Assembly (NCBI GenBank): GCA_946409435.1
Contig: CAMJWJ010000001.1
Location: 9,257-73,256 of the forward strand
Source of the DNA: an uncultured Prevotella sp.
Lineage (GTDB): Bacteria; Bacteroidota; Bacteroidia; Bacteroidales; Bacteroidaceae
DNA length: 64,000 bases
Direction of reading: 5' to 3'
Shown here: positions 53,841 to 64,000 of the stretch, in pieces
Layout: every line of letters starts with the position of its first letter
Position numbering within the stretch: position 1 is the stretch's first letter
The notes under the pieces: generated by a model
The model's input: the letters and a program-made list of their open reading frames with translations, nothing else
What the model was told of the DNA's origin: nothing
Databases searched by the model: none
Position numbers and translations under genes: made by a program

Positions 53841-56744
53841 TTAGCTCCCGATTTTAGGCTTCAGTTCGTCGGGTGACTCGTTGGTGAACATGTTCACCTT
53901 GGGAGCCTCGCGCTCGAAGAGATTACGGATAACGTCTGGGCTGACGGTGACGTCAGGTTGGAAGTCAGTAGACTGCATGTAGCGCAGTATCGAGTAGCGC
54001 AGCTGGCGGGCTACGGGTCGCTGGTCCAGGTTGTGACTGATGTCCATTGTCGTCATAAGCAGGCGACCGTTCAGTACACGTGCCTCGACGAGCATGCCTA
54101 ACTTACGGCTGACGTGCCACGTGTCGATAGGCTGTACGATGGGCTGGTAGTTGGCCGGAAACTCTGCCAGGTTCATTACCTGCGCGCGGTTGGTCAGTTC
54201 CCACCAGTTCAGGTTCTGCCAGTCGTCGGTGGGGAAGTCGCGGAACACGGGGTGGCTGTTCTTGATGTAGGCTCCCGTGGTGTGTGGCGGGCGCATCTTA
54301 AACCAGCTGGTATTCCAGAACACTGGCAGGAACGTGTGGCGCACGTCGTTGCCGTAGCGTATGCGGCCGCCGGCGGTCAACAGCACCGTGCCACCCTTCT
54401 GCAGCACCTTCAGTGCCTTGGCGTCCAGTGAGTCTGTCTCATAGAAATTCCTCATTCCTGATGGCTCATCGCCTATTTCAGCAGGGTAGACCCAGAAGTC
54501 CCAGCTGTTGCTGACGGCAGCCGAGAACCGTACCGTCAGCGTCAGTCGGGTAGGGTGCGTGAAGCTGCTGAGCGGCATGACGACGGTACCCAGAGGGATG
54601 TTCTTACCCATAGGCAGTGTGCCGTCGAAAAGCTTGCCACTGCTGACCTCCCGGCCGTCGCTGGTCGTCACCATATAGTTGGCGTGTGTGTGGTTGAGGC
54701 TGTAGCCATAGCCGTTGTATGCCTCGACGGGGACATTCAGCGTCTCGTTGCTGGTGTATACAAACTTCGGGAAACGTGCCAGCGGCACGAAGGCGTTGCA
54801 GAACTGCCGCCAGTCATTACCTGTGCAGTAGCCTTTCTCGCGCCAGAAGACGTTAAGCACACCAGTCAATGCGGTACCCTGACCGCTGTAGTCGTTCAGC
54901 CCCAGCAACTGGAAACCAGCGTAGTCCTTCGTGCGCAGGTTGCGCTCTATCTCATACTTGTAGCAAAGGGCCTGCAGGCGACCGCTGGCCATGAGAAACT
55001 TGTCGGCCATGGACTCCATGCCGTTGTCGCGCAGCAGGTCGCGGAATATCTCGAAGTTGCGGGCCTTGTAGGCTCCCGTGTACTGGACTGTCTCGCGGAA
55101 GTCCGGGAAGGCACACCATTGGCCCTGCTCGTGGGCGATGATGGGGGTACGGTTAGGCTCCTTACCCTTGTAGTTGCGGGGGTAGAGCAGTTGTTGGTAG
55201 TAGTCGTCGTCGGCATGCGGGGCGTGCCTGTCCCAGTCGAGGCCACGGGCACCGCCTTTGACGTGGTATTCAGAACCGCTGTCCCACGCCCAGCCGCCAC
55301 CAACCGATGCACCGGCATAAACCTTGGTGGGGTCGTACTGCTTCATCTCTTTCACCCACTGGTTGCAGTAGGTCACCCAGTCGCCTGCCGGCTCGTTGCC
55401 GGCAGCCATCATGACAAACGACGGGTGGTGGCCGTACTCGTCGACAATACGCTTCGACTCCTCCATCAGGTACTCATCAATCTTCTGGTCGCGGCGTAGC
55501 TTCACACCATGGTTGGGCCACGACGGACCTTCGGGCTGTAGGTAGATGCCCACGCGGTCGGCAGCAGCAAAGGCAGCCTCCGGTGGACAGTAACTATGGA
55601 AACGCATGTGGTTCAGACCGTACTCCTTGCACTTCCGGAAGATACGTAGCCACTCCTTTTCATCAGTAGGTGGGTAGCCCGTCTCGGGGAAACAGCAGTT
55701 CTCCACTGTGCCGCGCAGGAATAGCGGGCGACCGTTGATGTACATCTGTGGACCCTCGATGCTGACTTCGCGCATGCCGAAGGTTGTCTCGTAGACGTCG
55801 TCACCGGCTTCTACGGTCAGTTGGTACAGGTTAGGCTGGTGCTCGTCCCACAGCCTCATGTTGCCGCTCATGTCGATGTCGAACACGTGCTTGCTGCCGA
55901 TGGCTTCCTTGGCAATATTGTAATGAGAGGTGGTAGGCTTGCCATTGACGATGGGGCGCACAGTGACGGCCACGCTGTAGTCGCGCAGCGGTATCAGACG
56001 AAGGCCGTCGACGTGGTTCTCCATCTCCACGGTTACATGTAGCTGTTGGTTGGCGATGTCAGGCACGATGCCGACGTGGCGTATGTTCAGCTTGCGCCAG
56101 TGGGTCTGCAGCTCGATGCGCCCGACGATGCCGTTCCAGTTGCCCTGCGTCTGGTCGGTCACGCTGTGCGAGTCCTGTCCTACGCAGACGTTCTCGATGC
56201 CGTTGTACACACGGATGGCAATGTCGTTGTACTCGCCAAACCTGACCAAGTCGGTGATGTCATAGCGGTGGGGCACCGACAGTGACATCTGGTGGCCTAC
56301 GCGCTGGCCGTTTACGTAGACGGTAGTCTCGATGTGCGGACGCTCTAAGAAGAGTGTCACACGCTGTTCCTTCCATGCCTTGGAGATATATGCTGTCCGG
56401 TGGTACCAGGCAGCACCAATGTAGTGGCGCTCGGGGGTGAGGAAGAAGGGAAACTTCATGGCACCTTCGTGGCGGTACTTCTCCATGTAGGGATTGAAGT
56501 AGTACGACGAGTCGTAGAGCGAACCCGTCCACTGGGTGTTGACCGACACGATGTTCCCTTTGTCGTTGGTGAGCATCGAGCCGGGCAGCATGACGTACTC
56601 TGTGTAGTCGTCAGGCAGTCTGTCTTCCCTGCCGGCGTCGCCCATTCGGAAGTCCCACGCTCCGGCCAGCGTTACGGTCTGTTGGGCAAAGCCCGTCATG
56701 CTGACGGCCAGTGCCAATAAGATGCCGATGAGTCGCATAGTCAT
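53841..56744 (-). CDS. GH2 glycoside hydrolase (beta-galactosidase/beta-glucuronidase-like, RG-I cluster)
   Basis: Motifs TFGMREV, NGRPLFLRG, GLNHMRFHSYCP, HHPSFVMMAAGNE and IAHEQGQW. Confidence 0.88.
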   Translation of the reverse strand: MTMRLIGILLALAVSMTGFAQQTVTLAGAWDFRMGDAGREDRLPDDYTEYVMLPGSMLTNDKGNIVSVNTQWTGSLYDSSYYFNPYMEKYRHEGAMKFPFFLTPERHYIGAAWYHRTAYISKAWKEQRVTLFLERPHIETTVYVNGQRVGHQMSLSVPHRYDITDLVRFGEYNDIAIRVYNGIENVCVGQDSHSVTDQTQGNWNGIVGRIELQTHWRKLNIRHVGIVPDIANQQLHVTVEMENHVDGLRLIPLRDYSVAVTVRPIVNGKPTTSHYNIAKEAIGSKHVFDIDMSGNMRLWDEHQPNLYQLTVEAGDDVYETTFGMREVSIEGPQMYINGRPLFLRGTVENCCFPETGYPPTDEKEWLRIFRKCKEYGLNHMRFHSYCPPEAAFAAADRVGIYLQPEGPSWPNHGVKLRRDQKIDEYLMEESKRIVDEYGHHPSFVMMAAGNEPAGDWVTYCNQWVKEMKQYDPTKVYAGASVGGGWAWDSGSEYHVKGGARGLDWDRHAPHADDDYYQQLLYPRNYKGKEPNRTPIIAHEQGQWCAFPDFRETVQYTGAYKARNFEIFRDLLRDNGMESMADKFLMASGRLQALCYKYEIERNLRTKDYAGFQLLGLNDYSGQGTALTGVLNVFWREKGYCTGNDWRQFCNAFVPLARFPKFVYTSNETLNVPVEAYNGYGYSLNHTHANYMVTTSDGREVSSGKLFDGTLPMGKNIPLGTVVMPLSSFTHPTRLTLTVRFSAAVSNSWDFWVYPAEIGDEPSGMRNFYETDSLDAKALKVLQKGGTVLLTAGGRIRYGNDVRHTFLPVFWNTSWFKMRPPHTTGAYIKNSHPVFRDFPTDDWQNLNWWELTNRAQVMNLAEFPANYQPIVQPIDTWHVSRKLGMLVEARVLNGRLLMTTMDISHNLDQRPVARQLRYSILRYMQSTDFQPDVTVSPDVIRNLFEREAPKVNMFTNESPDELKPKIGS

Positions 56745-56753
56745 GAGTCGCTG

Positions 56754-57071
56754 TTAGTCCAAGTGAAACACCTCCTGTAGGGGGATGGTGACCGGCGAAT
56801 GGTCTGCATTGGTCTCCATGATGTCGGCCATCATGTCCCACCACTTCTGTGTGATGGGGTCTACATGGTCGGTGTCCTGCGAACTGCCCTCACCCTCGCA
56901 CTCCTGATATGCGAACAGCAGGTTGGTGTCCTTGTCCCAGAAGATGCTGTAGTTCTTCACTCCCGCCTCGTGAATCATCTTAACCAGCTCAGGCCAGATG
57001 GCAGCGTGGCGTCGCTCATATTCCTTTTCGTACCCTGCTTTGAGGTACATCTTAAATCCAAATCGTTTCAT
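56754..57071 (-). CDS. rhaM: L-rhamnose mutarotase
   Basis: Motifs EYERRHAAIWPEL, NYSIF, QKWWDMM and EVFHLD. Confidence 0.95.
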   Translation of the reverse strand: MKRFGFKMYLKAGYEKEYERRHAAIWPELVKMIHEAGVKNYSIFWDKDTNLLFAYQECEGEGSSQDTDHVDPITQKWWDMMADIMETNADHSPVTIPLQEVFHLD

Positions 57072-57137
57072 ATCAATAACCGTGTAATGCGTCTTCTGTG
57101 TTATGTGTAGTCTATGGTCTGTCCTGTCCGTTCGCTC

Positions 57138-58334
57138 TTAGTTGCCGTCAGGCTTGACAAGGTTGCTGCCCGTCGACATGTGCCACACAAACTGTGCTGG
57201 GTCATCGGGCTGTGCGGGGTTGTAGTCCTGCCAGTCGGGGCGCAGGTGGTTGGCCATGGGCAACTGAAGCTGCTTCATGCCCATCACCACCATCTTGGCT
57301 ATCTGCCAGGCTCCGTAGGGGTTGAAGTGGGTGTTGTCGTTCAGCGGAGTGTCCTGTCCAGGGAAGGTGTTGGCAGGGTAGTGTACCAGGGCCTTCTTTG
57401 AACCCTCCACGCCTAATGTCTCGTAGAGTGTCGTCGACATCTTCGTCAGTTCGATGACGGGCACTTTCTCGCGGACACCCACCATCTGCATGGCCAAGGG
57501 GTAGTCGTTGTGTGTGTTGATGATGCGGTTGTTGTTGTCGAACGAACGGCGTGCCGTAGGTGTGCAGAATACGATGTTGCCACCCTTCTCGCGTACGCGG
57601 TCTACAAAGATTTTCAGATTGCGGGAGTAGCTGTACCATGCACCGTCGCCGGCCTTCTTCTCCTTCTCGTCGTTATGTCCGAACTCCACGATGACGTAGT
57701 CTCCCTTCTTCAGCTGTGTCAGTATCTTGTCCAGTCGCAGTTGTGCCAGGAACGTCGTACACGACAGTCCACTCTCGGCATAGTTGGCCACGGCGATGCT
57801 GTTGTCGAACCATCGCGTAATCATCTGCCCCCACGATGCCCACGGCTCGTTTTCCTGGTCTACCACGGTGCTGTTGCCGCAGAGGAAGAGCGTCGTGGCC
57901 TCCGTTTCCGGCTCGATGCGTATGTCCTTGACGGCAGGCGACGGCCCACAGAAGGTGATGGTCAGCGAGTCGTCCCAGTTCTTGTAGCTCCACTCACGAG
58001 GCTTCAGCTTGACTTTTGTCTTGCTGTCGATGACGGGGTTGTGCTTGTTGACGACGAACGACACCGTCTCGTACTTGCCCTTCTTTGTGGTCACCATGTC
58101 AATGTAGTGGCGGCGGCTCTCGGCACGTACTACCGTCTGGGCAGCACGTTTCTTGGCTCCCAAGGTTACCGTCACGCGGTAGTTGCCGTCGGGTACCTGT
58201 ACGGTGTAGCTAAATGGCTTGTCGCTCGTTTTGTCGAGCGTCACGGTCTCTCCAATGTTAGTCTGGCCATTGGCCGTCGTGGTGTAAAGGCAGGCAGCCA
58301 ATACTGTGGCTAAAATCAATAGTCTGTGTTTCAT
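57138..58334 (-). CDS. Rhamnogalacturonan acetylesterase (CE12, SGNH)
   Basis: Motifs LCGNSTV, SWGQM, EFGHND and DNTHFNPYGA. Confidence 0.92.
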   Translation of the reverse strand: MKHRLLILATVLAACLYTTTANGQTNIGETVTLDKTSDKPFSYTVQVPDGNYRVTVTLGAKKRAAQTVVRAESRRHYIDMVTTKKGKYETVSFVVNKHNPVIDSKTKVKLKPREWSYKNWDDSLTITFCGPSPAVKDIRIEPETEATTLFLCGNSTVVDQENEPWASWGQMITRWFDNSIAVANYAESGLSCTTFLAQLRLDKILTQLKKGDYVIVEFGHNDEKEKKAGDGAWYSYSRNLKIFVDRVREKGGNIVFCTPTARRSFDNNNRIINTHNDYPLAMQMVGVREKVPVIELTKMSTTLYETLGVEGSKKALVHYPANTFPGQDTPLNDNTHFNPYGAWQIAKMVVMGMKQLQLPMANHLRPDWQDYNPAQPDDPAQFVWHMSTGSNLVKPDGN

Positions 58335-58499
58335 ATTCTAATAGAATTGTTTTGTAATAGTCTTCGGCGGACAAAGGTAAGCAATAATTATGACATAGCC
58401 AAATGTTCGCAGGTTAAAAAATCATGAAAATCTTTGGGCTTTTGAAAGTTTCATAGTACCTTTGCACATGATACACTAATCTACTAAACCCGTAATATA

Positions 58500-61400
58500 A
58501 TGGCCGGTAGCAAATCATTCACTTTCCGTTTTTCCCTGTGTTCGTTCCTTTTCCTGTTTGCCACTGTGGCCTATGGACAGTCGGGACTGAACAAGCGTGA
58601 CTTCAACAAATACTGGCGGGTGGAGTCCGAGTCGAAGGACTTCCGCGTGACGTTCCACGGCGACACCTGCGAGCTGCTGGCTCCCAAGGGGCTGACGCTG
58701 TGGCGCAAACAACGGTATGGTGCCGACACCGTGGTGGAGTATGATGCCATGGTGGTCGATGAGGGACGCGAGGGCGACAGACTGAGCGACATGAACTGCT
58801 TCTGGCTGGCCAGCGACCCGCAGCACAAGGACATCTGGCAGCGGGCGGCATGGCGCAGCGGCGTTTTTGTGCGCTGCTATACGCTGCAGACATACTACTT
58901 TGGCTATGGCGGCAATCACAACAGCACGACGCGCTTCCGCCGCTACACGGGCGACGAGGCGGGTGTCGCTGATACTGAACGTCGCCCACCGGTGCTGAAG
59001 GAATATACCGACAAGACCCATCTGCTTCAGAAGAACCACTGGTACCACGTACGTATCGTGTCGTGCGACGGGCGTGTACGATTCTATGTCGATGGTGAGC
59101 TGTTGGTAGACTACAACGACCCGACACCGCTAACCAGCGGCTGGTTCGGCTTTCGTACCACATTGTCACGGACACGTATCACCAACTTCCGCACGTCGGC
59201 TCCCGAGAGACTGTCGGTCGCTGGCGGCATACCGCTGAGATGGGTGGCAAATGAGCAACAGACGACCACGGACTTGAATAAAGAAGGAACGTCGCTGGCT
59301 GGCACGGACGAAAAGGTGTGGCCGGTGACCTTCGGCATACCGTTCCGCCAGGGCGAGCTGCGCGATGTCACCACGCTGCAGTTGTCCTCACACCAGCCCT
59401 GCGACACATGGGTTACGGCCCGGTGGCCCGACGGCTCGGTGAAGTGGGCTGCCATGGCTGCCGTAGTGCCTTGGTGCCAGGAGGAACTGACTGTCGCCGC
59501 TGGCAAGAAGCAAAAGACTGCCGACGTCATCACCGTCGATGAGCATGACAACCGCATCACGGTCAACACCGGCCAGCTGACGGCCTACCTGTCGGCCTGT
59601 GGTGCGCAACTGATTGACAGTCTCGTTGTCGATGGACGGCGCGTGGGTGGTGCTGCCACGCTGACGGCCACCACGGCTGAGGGCCGTTACGTGTCGCACG
59701 TCGACCGTATGACCGTCGAGCGGCAGGGTAGCATGCATGCCGTTGTCAAGATAGAAGGTACGCATAGCGACAGCGGCCGTTCGTGGCTGCCCTTCGTTGT
59801 CCGCCTCTACTTCTATGGCGGCAGTTGTCAGGTGAAGATGGTCCACTCGCTGGTCTACGACGGTGAGCCGTCGCGCGACATGATTACCTCGTTGGGCGTG
59901 TGCATGGCTGTTCCCATGCGCACCGAGCCTTACAACCGCCACATAGCCTTTGCCACCGACGATGGTGTATGGGCAGAACCCGTGCAGCCGCTGGACGGGA
60001 GACGTGAGCTGCGGCTGCGCCAGTCGCCGCCGGAGGAGGGCCGTGGCATTCCGCAGCGACAGAACATCCAGCTGGACCAGATGAGCGGCAAGCGTATACC
60101 TCCACGTGATGCCTTCGACCGCATGGGCCGTTCGCTCATTGACCACTGGGCACAGTGGGATGGCTTCCGGCTGTCGCAACTGACGGACAATGCCTATGCT
60201 ATCCGCAAGCGGGCCACCAGCGACGGCAGCACACCATGGATCGGTACACTGACTGGCCGGCGCAGTCCGGGGTATGCCTTCGTGGGCGACGTAGAGGGCG
60301 GCATGGGTGTCGCCATGCAGGACTTCTGGCAGTCGTACCCATCGACCATGGAGGTTCGAGGTGCACGCTGCGATGAGGCCAGCCTGACGATGTACCTATG
60401 GAGTCCCGAGGCAGAGCCTATGAACCTCTGCCACTACGATACCATTGCCCATGGGCTGGCCGAGAGCTACGAGGACGTGCAGCCCGGCATGTCGTCGCCC
60501 TACGGCATTGGCCGTACCACGACGCTGTGGCTGCTGCCGCAGTCTGGCTATCCGGGACGAGAGACTATTGCCCGTCAGGCGGCACGGCTGACCGACCATG
60601 TCCAACTGCTGCCCACTCCAGAGTACCTGCACGACTGCCGTGCCTTCGGCATCTGGTCGCTGCCCACGGCCGACCGTTCTGTGGAACAGCGCCTTGACGA
60701 GTATGTCAGCATCTACCAGCGCGAGACGGAACGGCATAAGTGGTACGGATTCTGGAACTACGGTGACGTCATGCATGCCTACGACCCGGAGCGTGACGAG
60801 TGGCGCTACGATGTGGGCGGCTATGCGTGGGACAACACCGAACTGGCTTCGCCCACATGGCTATGGACGATGTTCCTGCGTAGTGGACGTGCAGACATCT
60901 GGCGTATGGCTGAGGCCATGACGCGCCACAACAGCGAGGTGGACACCTATCACATCGGACCCTTCGCCCCGTTGGGGTCACGCCATAACGTCAGCCACTG
61001 GGGCTGCGGTGCCAAGGAGGCACGCATCTCGCAGTCGGCATTCCTGCGCTACTATTACTACCTGACGGCTGACGAACGTACCGGCGACCTGATGACGGCA
61101 CAGACCGATGCCGACACGCTGCTGTGGCACCTCGACCCCATGCGGCTGGCCGAGCCGAAAGCCCTGTTCCCGTGTTATGCTCCGGCCCGTCTGCGTATAG
61201 GCCCTGACTGGCTTGCGTATGCCGGCAACTGGATGACGGAGTGGGAGCGCACAGGTAACGTTCGCTATCGTGACAAGATTGTCACGGGCATGCAGTCCAT
61301 CGCCCGGCTGCACGACGGCATCTTTACGGGCAACCTGGCCAAGGGCTACGACCCGGCGACGGGTGTCATCAGCTACGACGGTCCCGACTCGCTGCGCTCC

Positions 61401-61712
61401 ACCAGTCATCTGCTGGCCATCATGGGTGGCTTCGAGATGATGAACGAGCTGCTGCCCATGGTCAGTGTCGGCGAGTTTGACCGCTGCTGGCTCGACCATG
61501 CGCGACGCTACAAGACGATGGCTTGGCAGACACGCAAGAACCGCTTCCCCGTCCGCCGGCTGGAGGCTTACGCTGCCTGGCTGGATGGTGACGTGAAGCG
61601 GAAGGAGGAAGTGTGGCAGTCGCTGCTGGCTCCCAGCAAGGGCATCTCTACCAACGATGCCGCCATGTGGTCGCTGGACGCCATCTACATGCTGGAGACA
61701 ATAGGCCGGTAA
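58500..61712 (+). CDS. Fusion of a DUF6250-like domain and an exo-rhamnogalacturonan lyase (PL26/YetA-like)
   Basis: N-domain SDMNCFWLASDP..YGGNHNSTTRFRRY. C-part WPDGSVKW, WYGFWNYGDVMH, GGYAWDNTE, GSRHNVSHWGCGAKE. Confidence 0.75.
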   Translation: MAGSKSFTFRFSLCSFLFLFATVAYGQSGLNKRDFNKYWRVESESKDFRVTFHGDTCELLAPKGLTLWRKQRYGADTVVEYDAMVVDEGREGDRLSDMNCFWLASDPQHKDIWQRAAWRSGVFVRCYTLQTYYFGYGGNHNSTTRFRRYTGDEAGVADTERRPPVLKEYTDKTHLLQKNHWYHVRIVSCDGRVRFYVDGELLVDYNDPTPLTSGWFGFRTTLSRTRITNFRTSAPERLSVAGGIPLRWVANEQQTTTDLNKEGTSLAGTDEKVWPVTFGIPFRQGELRDVTTLQLSSHQPCDTWVTARWPDGSVKWAAMAAVVPWCQEELTVAAGKKQKTADVITVDEHDNRITVNTGQLTAYLSACGAQLIDSLVVDGRRVGGAATLTATTAEGRYVSHVDRMTVERQGSMHAVVKIEGTHSDSGRSWLPFVVRLYFYGGSCQVKMVHSLVYDGEPSRDMITSLGVCMAVPMRTEPYNRHIAFATDDGVWAEPVQPLDGRRELRLRQSPPEEGRGIPQRQNIQLDQMSGKRIPPRDAFDRMGRSLIDHWAQWDGFRLSQLTDNAYAIRKRATSDGSTPWIGTLTGRRSPGYAFVGDVEGGMGVAMQDFWQSYPSTMEVRGARCDEASLTMYLWSPEAEPMNLCHYDTIAHGLAESYEDVQPGMSSPYGIGRTTTLWLLPQSGYPGRETIARQAARLTDHVQLLPTPEYLHDCRAFGIWSLPTADRSVEQRLDEYVSIYQRETERHKWYGFWNYGDVMHAYDPERDEWRYDVGGYAWDNTELASPTWLWTMFLRSGRADIWRMAEAMTRHNSEVDTYHIGPFAPLGSRHNVSHWGCGAKEARISQSAFLRYYYYLTADERTGDLMTAQTDADTLLWHLDPMRLAEPKALFPCYAPARLRIGPDWLAYAGNWMTEWERTGNVRYRDKIVTGMQSIARLHDGIFTGNLAKGYDPATGVISYDGPDSLRSTSHLLAIMGGFEMMNELLPMVSVGEFDRCWLDHARRYKTMAWQTRKNRFPVRRLEAYAAWLDGDVKRKEEVWQSLLAPSKGISTNDAAMWSLDAIYMLETIGR

Positions 61713-61714
61713 CT

Positions 61715-61995
61715 CGAATTGTTACTACAACGAATTGTTTTTTAAACGACCACGGATTGAACGGATGGAACGGATTTATTTACTATAACGAATTGTTTTT
61801 TTTTAACGACCACAGATTGCACGGATGACACGGATTTTTTTAAAGACAACGAATTGTTTTTTAATCCACAGAAGAAAAACAATCCGTGAAATCCGTTTAA
61901 TCCGTGTTCGAAAATAAAAATTGTTTCATTGACTTCGTCGAGCGAAACCTTCGTTATATTCGTGTCCGTAAATCAATCCGCATTAAATCTGTGGT
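61715..61995. repeat. Nested intergenic repeat (about 60-bp units containing 9-mer triplets, plus an inverted triplet)
   Basis: AACGAATTGTTTTTT at 61729, 61787 and 61848; (A/C)AC(G/A)GAT triplets; complementary AATCCGT x3 at 61881-61907. Confidence 0.8.
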
Positions 61996-62004
61996 CTGTT
62001 TATT

Positions 62005-63996
62005 TCACTTGACCGCGTCCGGCAGGTAGTAGCCTAAGTGTGGCGGCTGGTTGTAGGCTACGTTCTGCCATACGATGCTAAGCCTGTAGATGTTGTCGTG
62101 CATCAGCGTCGGCACGGCATACTCCGTGGGGATATTCGTCGTGAAGATGTTCAGATGGCTGGCGTCGCTGGAGTCCCAGAGTATCAGCTCCTCGCGCCAG
62201 TCACCGAAGAGGTCGGCCTGCAGACAGGGCGTGGCCTTGGTCCAGTTGTTGCTGACGCTGTTGCCCATCTCGTACAGCAGTTTGCCGTTGGAGAGGGGTA
62301 GGGGATTGGCGCGCTGGCCGTCCCACTTCTCTATGAACGACGGGAAGTAGGGACGCTGGCCGCGGTTGGCCAGCAGCTCGTCCTGCAGGTCGCCGTCCCA
62401 ATAGATGCGGAAGTTGCAGCTGGGCAGTTGGTCGGAGATAACGTTACCCTTGATGTTGCGCACGGCGCGGTTGAAGATGTGCCAGAACTCAAAGCCACGG
62501 TGCTGGCCGTCGATGTCGGCTGCCACGCCACGGCCAGTGTCGTCGCGGGCCGTCTCGTACCACAGCCGTTCGCCGGTACATGCGTCGCGCAGGTCGGCAC
62601 CGTAGGGTCTCTGCTCGTGAACCATAAAGAACTCCAGACCTGGGCGGTCGGGGTCGAGGTCGCTCAGGTGGGTGGCGTCGCCGTGGCCCAGTCCGGTGGA
62701 GTAGAGCAGCCGTCCGTCGTTGTCGATGGCTGCCGACCCGTAGGTTATCTCGTCGCAGCCGTCGCCGTCGACGTCACCCACGGCCAGCGAGTGTGCCCCC
62801 TGTCCGTAGGCGGTGGCCGCCAGTCCTCGCTGCCAGTGCTGCTGGCCCTGACTGTCCTCTACATAGTATTCCGAGGGCGACACCGAGGCGTGATACCATT
62901 TCGTGTGTAGCTTGCTGCCGTCGAAGTCGACAGCCCACAGGTGCGACGGTGTGTAGTAGCCGCGGCACATGACGACGCAGGGACGCTGCTGCGGTCCGTC
63001 GAGCCATGCCACACAGGCCAGGTAGCGCTCGCCGCGGTTGCCGGCAAAGCCACGGTCGCCCCATCCATCCTTGTCGTAGTCGGCGGCAGTCTGCCAGCCG
63101 AAGGCGCGGTTGGGACGGTACCAGATGGTATGTAGCGCACGGCCTGTCAGTCCGTCGAACACCGTCAGGTATTCCGGTCCGCTGTTGATGCGGCCGCGCT
63201 CGGTACGGTAGTCGGCGGTGTTGTCGGCATTACGTATGGCGGGGTCGTCGGCAGCCTCGGTGACGTAGCGCCCCGTGCCGTCAACGGAGCCAGGAGCTGT
63301 CTTGCACACCAGCTCTGCCCGTCCGTCGCGGTCGAGGTCGTAAACCATGAACTGCGTGTAGTGGGCGCCGGCGCGGATGTTCGGGCCTAAGTTGAGACGC
63401 CAGCGATATTTGCCGTCTGTGGATTGGCCGTTCGGCAGGTTGTAGCAGTCGATGATGACGCTGCCCGTGTAGCCGTCGTGCGAGTTGTCGCGGCTGTTCG
63501 ACGGGTCCCACTTCAGCAGCAGCTCGTAATGACCGTCACCATCGACGTCGCCCGCTGAGCAGTCGTTGGGGCGATACTCGAAGGAGCGCCCGTCGGGCGT
63601 CGTGCCACCCTGCGGACGGTCGACGGCCATCGACAGGTAGAGGTCGGACCAGGGAGCCACTCCGCCTGTTGCCTGTTCACTGGCAGCGGTAGTGGGAGTG
63701 ATCCCGGGTGTGTGTTCCACCACGCTATACTGGCTGGTCGCCTTGCCCTTCTTGTCGGTGTAGTTGGTGACGTTCAGCCCCTTGGCTATTGTCTTGCCGT
63801 CGCGCAGCAGGTCGAACGTGGTGCCCTTGGGGTCGGTGCCTAACAGGCGCCAGCTGACGAAGATACCATTCTGCTGTGCCGGTAGTGCCACGATGCCGCG
63901 GTTCAGCCGTTCCATCTGCTCGGGGTACGTCTTGTACTGTTGTGCCGTGACGGCCAGTGTGCCTGTCAGTAGTGCTAAGCCTATCAGCCTTTTCAT
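62005..63996 (-). CDS. Rhamnogalacturonan lyase (PL11)
   Basis: Motifs VSWRLLGTD, PNDCSAGDVDGDG, NIRAGAHYTQFMVYDLD, GDWREE and WQNVAYNQPPH. Confidence 0.95.
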   Translation of the reverse strand: MKRLIGLALLTGTLAVTAQQYKTYPEQMERLNRGIVALPAQQNGIFVSWRLLGTDPKGTTFDLLRDGKTIAKGLNVTNYTDKKGKATSQYSVVEHTPGITPTTAASEQATGGVAPWSDLYLSMAVDRPQGGTTPDGRSFEYRPNDCSAGDVDGDGHYELLLKWDPSNSRDNSHDGYTGSVIIDCYNLPNGQSTDGKYRWRLNLGPNIRAGAHYTQFMVYDLDRDGRAELVCKTAPGSVDGTGRYVTEAADDPAIRNADNTADYRTERGRINSGPEYLTVFDGLTGRALHTIWYRPNRAFGWQTAADYDKDGWGDRGFAGNRGERYLACVAWLDGPQQRPCVVMCRGYYTPSHLWAVDFDGSKLHTKWYHASVSPSEYYVEDSQGQQHWQRGLAATAYGQGAHSLAVGDVDGDGCDEITYGSAAIDNDGRLLYSTGLGHGDATHLSDLDPDRPGLEFFMVHEQRPYGADLRDACTGERLWYETARDDTGRGVAADIDGQHRGFEFWHIFNRAVRNIKGNVISDQLPSCNFRIYWDGDLQDELLANRGQRPYFPSFIEKWDGQRANPLPLSNGKLLYEMGNSVSNNWTKATPCLQADLFGDWREELILWDSSDASHLNIFTTNIPTEYAVPTLMHDNIYRLSIVWQNVAYNQPPHLGYYLPDAVK

Positions 63997-64000
63997 GTTG

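Noticed and set aside
61715-61910. About 60-bp periodic repeat as a CRISPR array
   Set aside because: The intervening sequences are near copies of each other, not unique spacers; under 3 units; no cas genes.
1-64000. tRNA, rRNA, transposase, integrase, prophage or defence genes
   Set aside because: None recognised; all long ORFs are accounted for by metabolic, transport or regulatory genes.

Overview
About 64 kb of a high-GC Bacteroidales chromosome, probably Prevotella-like (TAnnTTTG -7 promoters, SusC/SusD, AT-rich leaders without Shine-Dalgarno sites). Left to right: (1) a >1335-aa InlB-B-repeat surface protein on the minus strand that runs off the window and is missing from the ORF track. 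It is divergent from a membrane-anchored AraC regulator, and between them lie repeated operator-like sites, an unannotated 40-aa membrane peptide and a structured leader. (2) An esterase-GH94-GH138 operon. (3) GH43 and an aquaporin. (4) A beta-1,3-glucan-type PUL (SusC, SusD, surface lipoprotein, GH16, two GH3, SusR-like regulator). (5) purN-dnaG-cls, a heavy-metal P1B ATPase and miaA. (6) A YtrA/GntR ABC operon and a MacAB-TolC-type efflux operon. (7) A methyltransferase, GH53-dockerin, a small basic protein, AICAR transformylase and a carboxylesterase. (8) A rhamnogalacturonan-I cluster (uxuA, GH2, rhaM, CE12, a PL26-like fusion, PL11). No rRNA, tRNA, CRISPR array, transposase or integrase was seen. 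The main unexplained structure is non-coding or hidden inside genes: two copies of a ~490-bp composite repeat element, a family of covarying ~27-bp palindromes inserted in-frame in unrelated genes, one cassette shared by two divergent GH3 genes, and near-identical repeat-built signal peptides. All family assignments come from motif recognition, not database searches.
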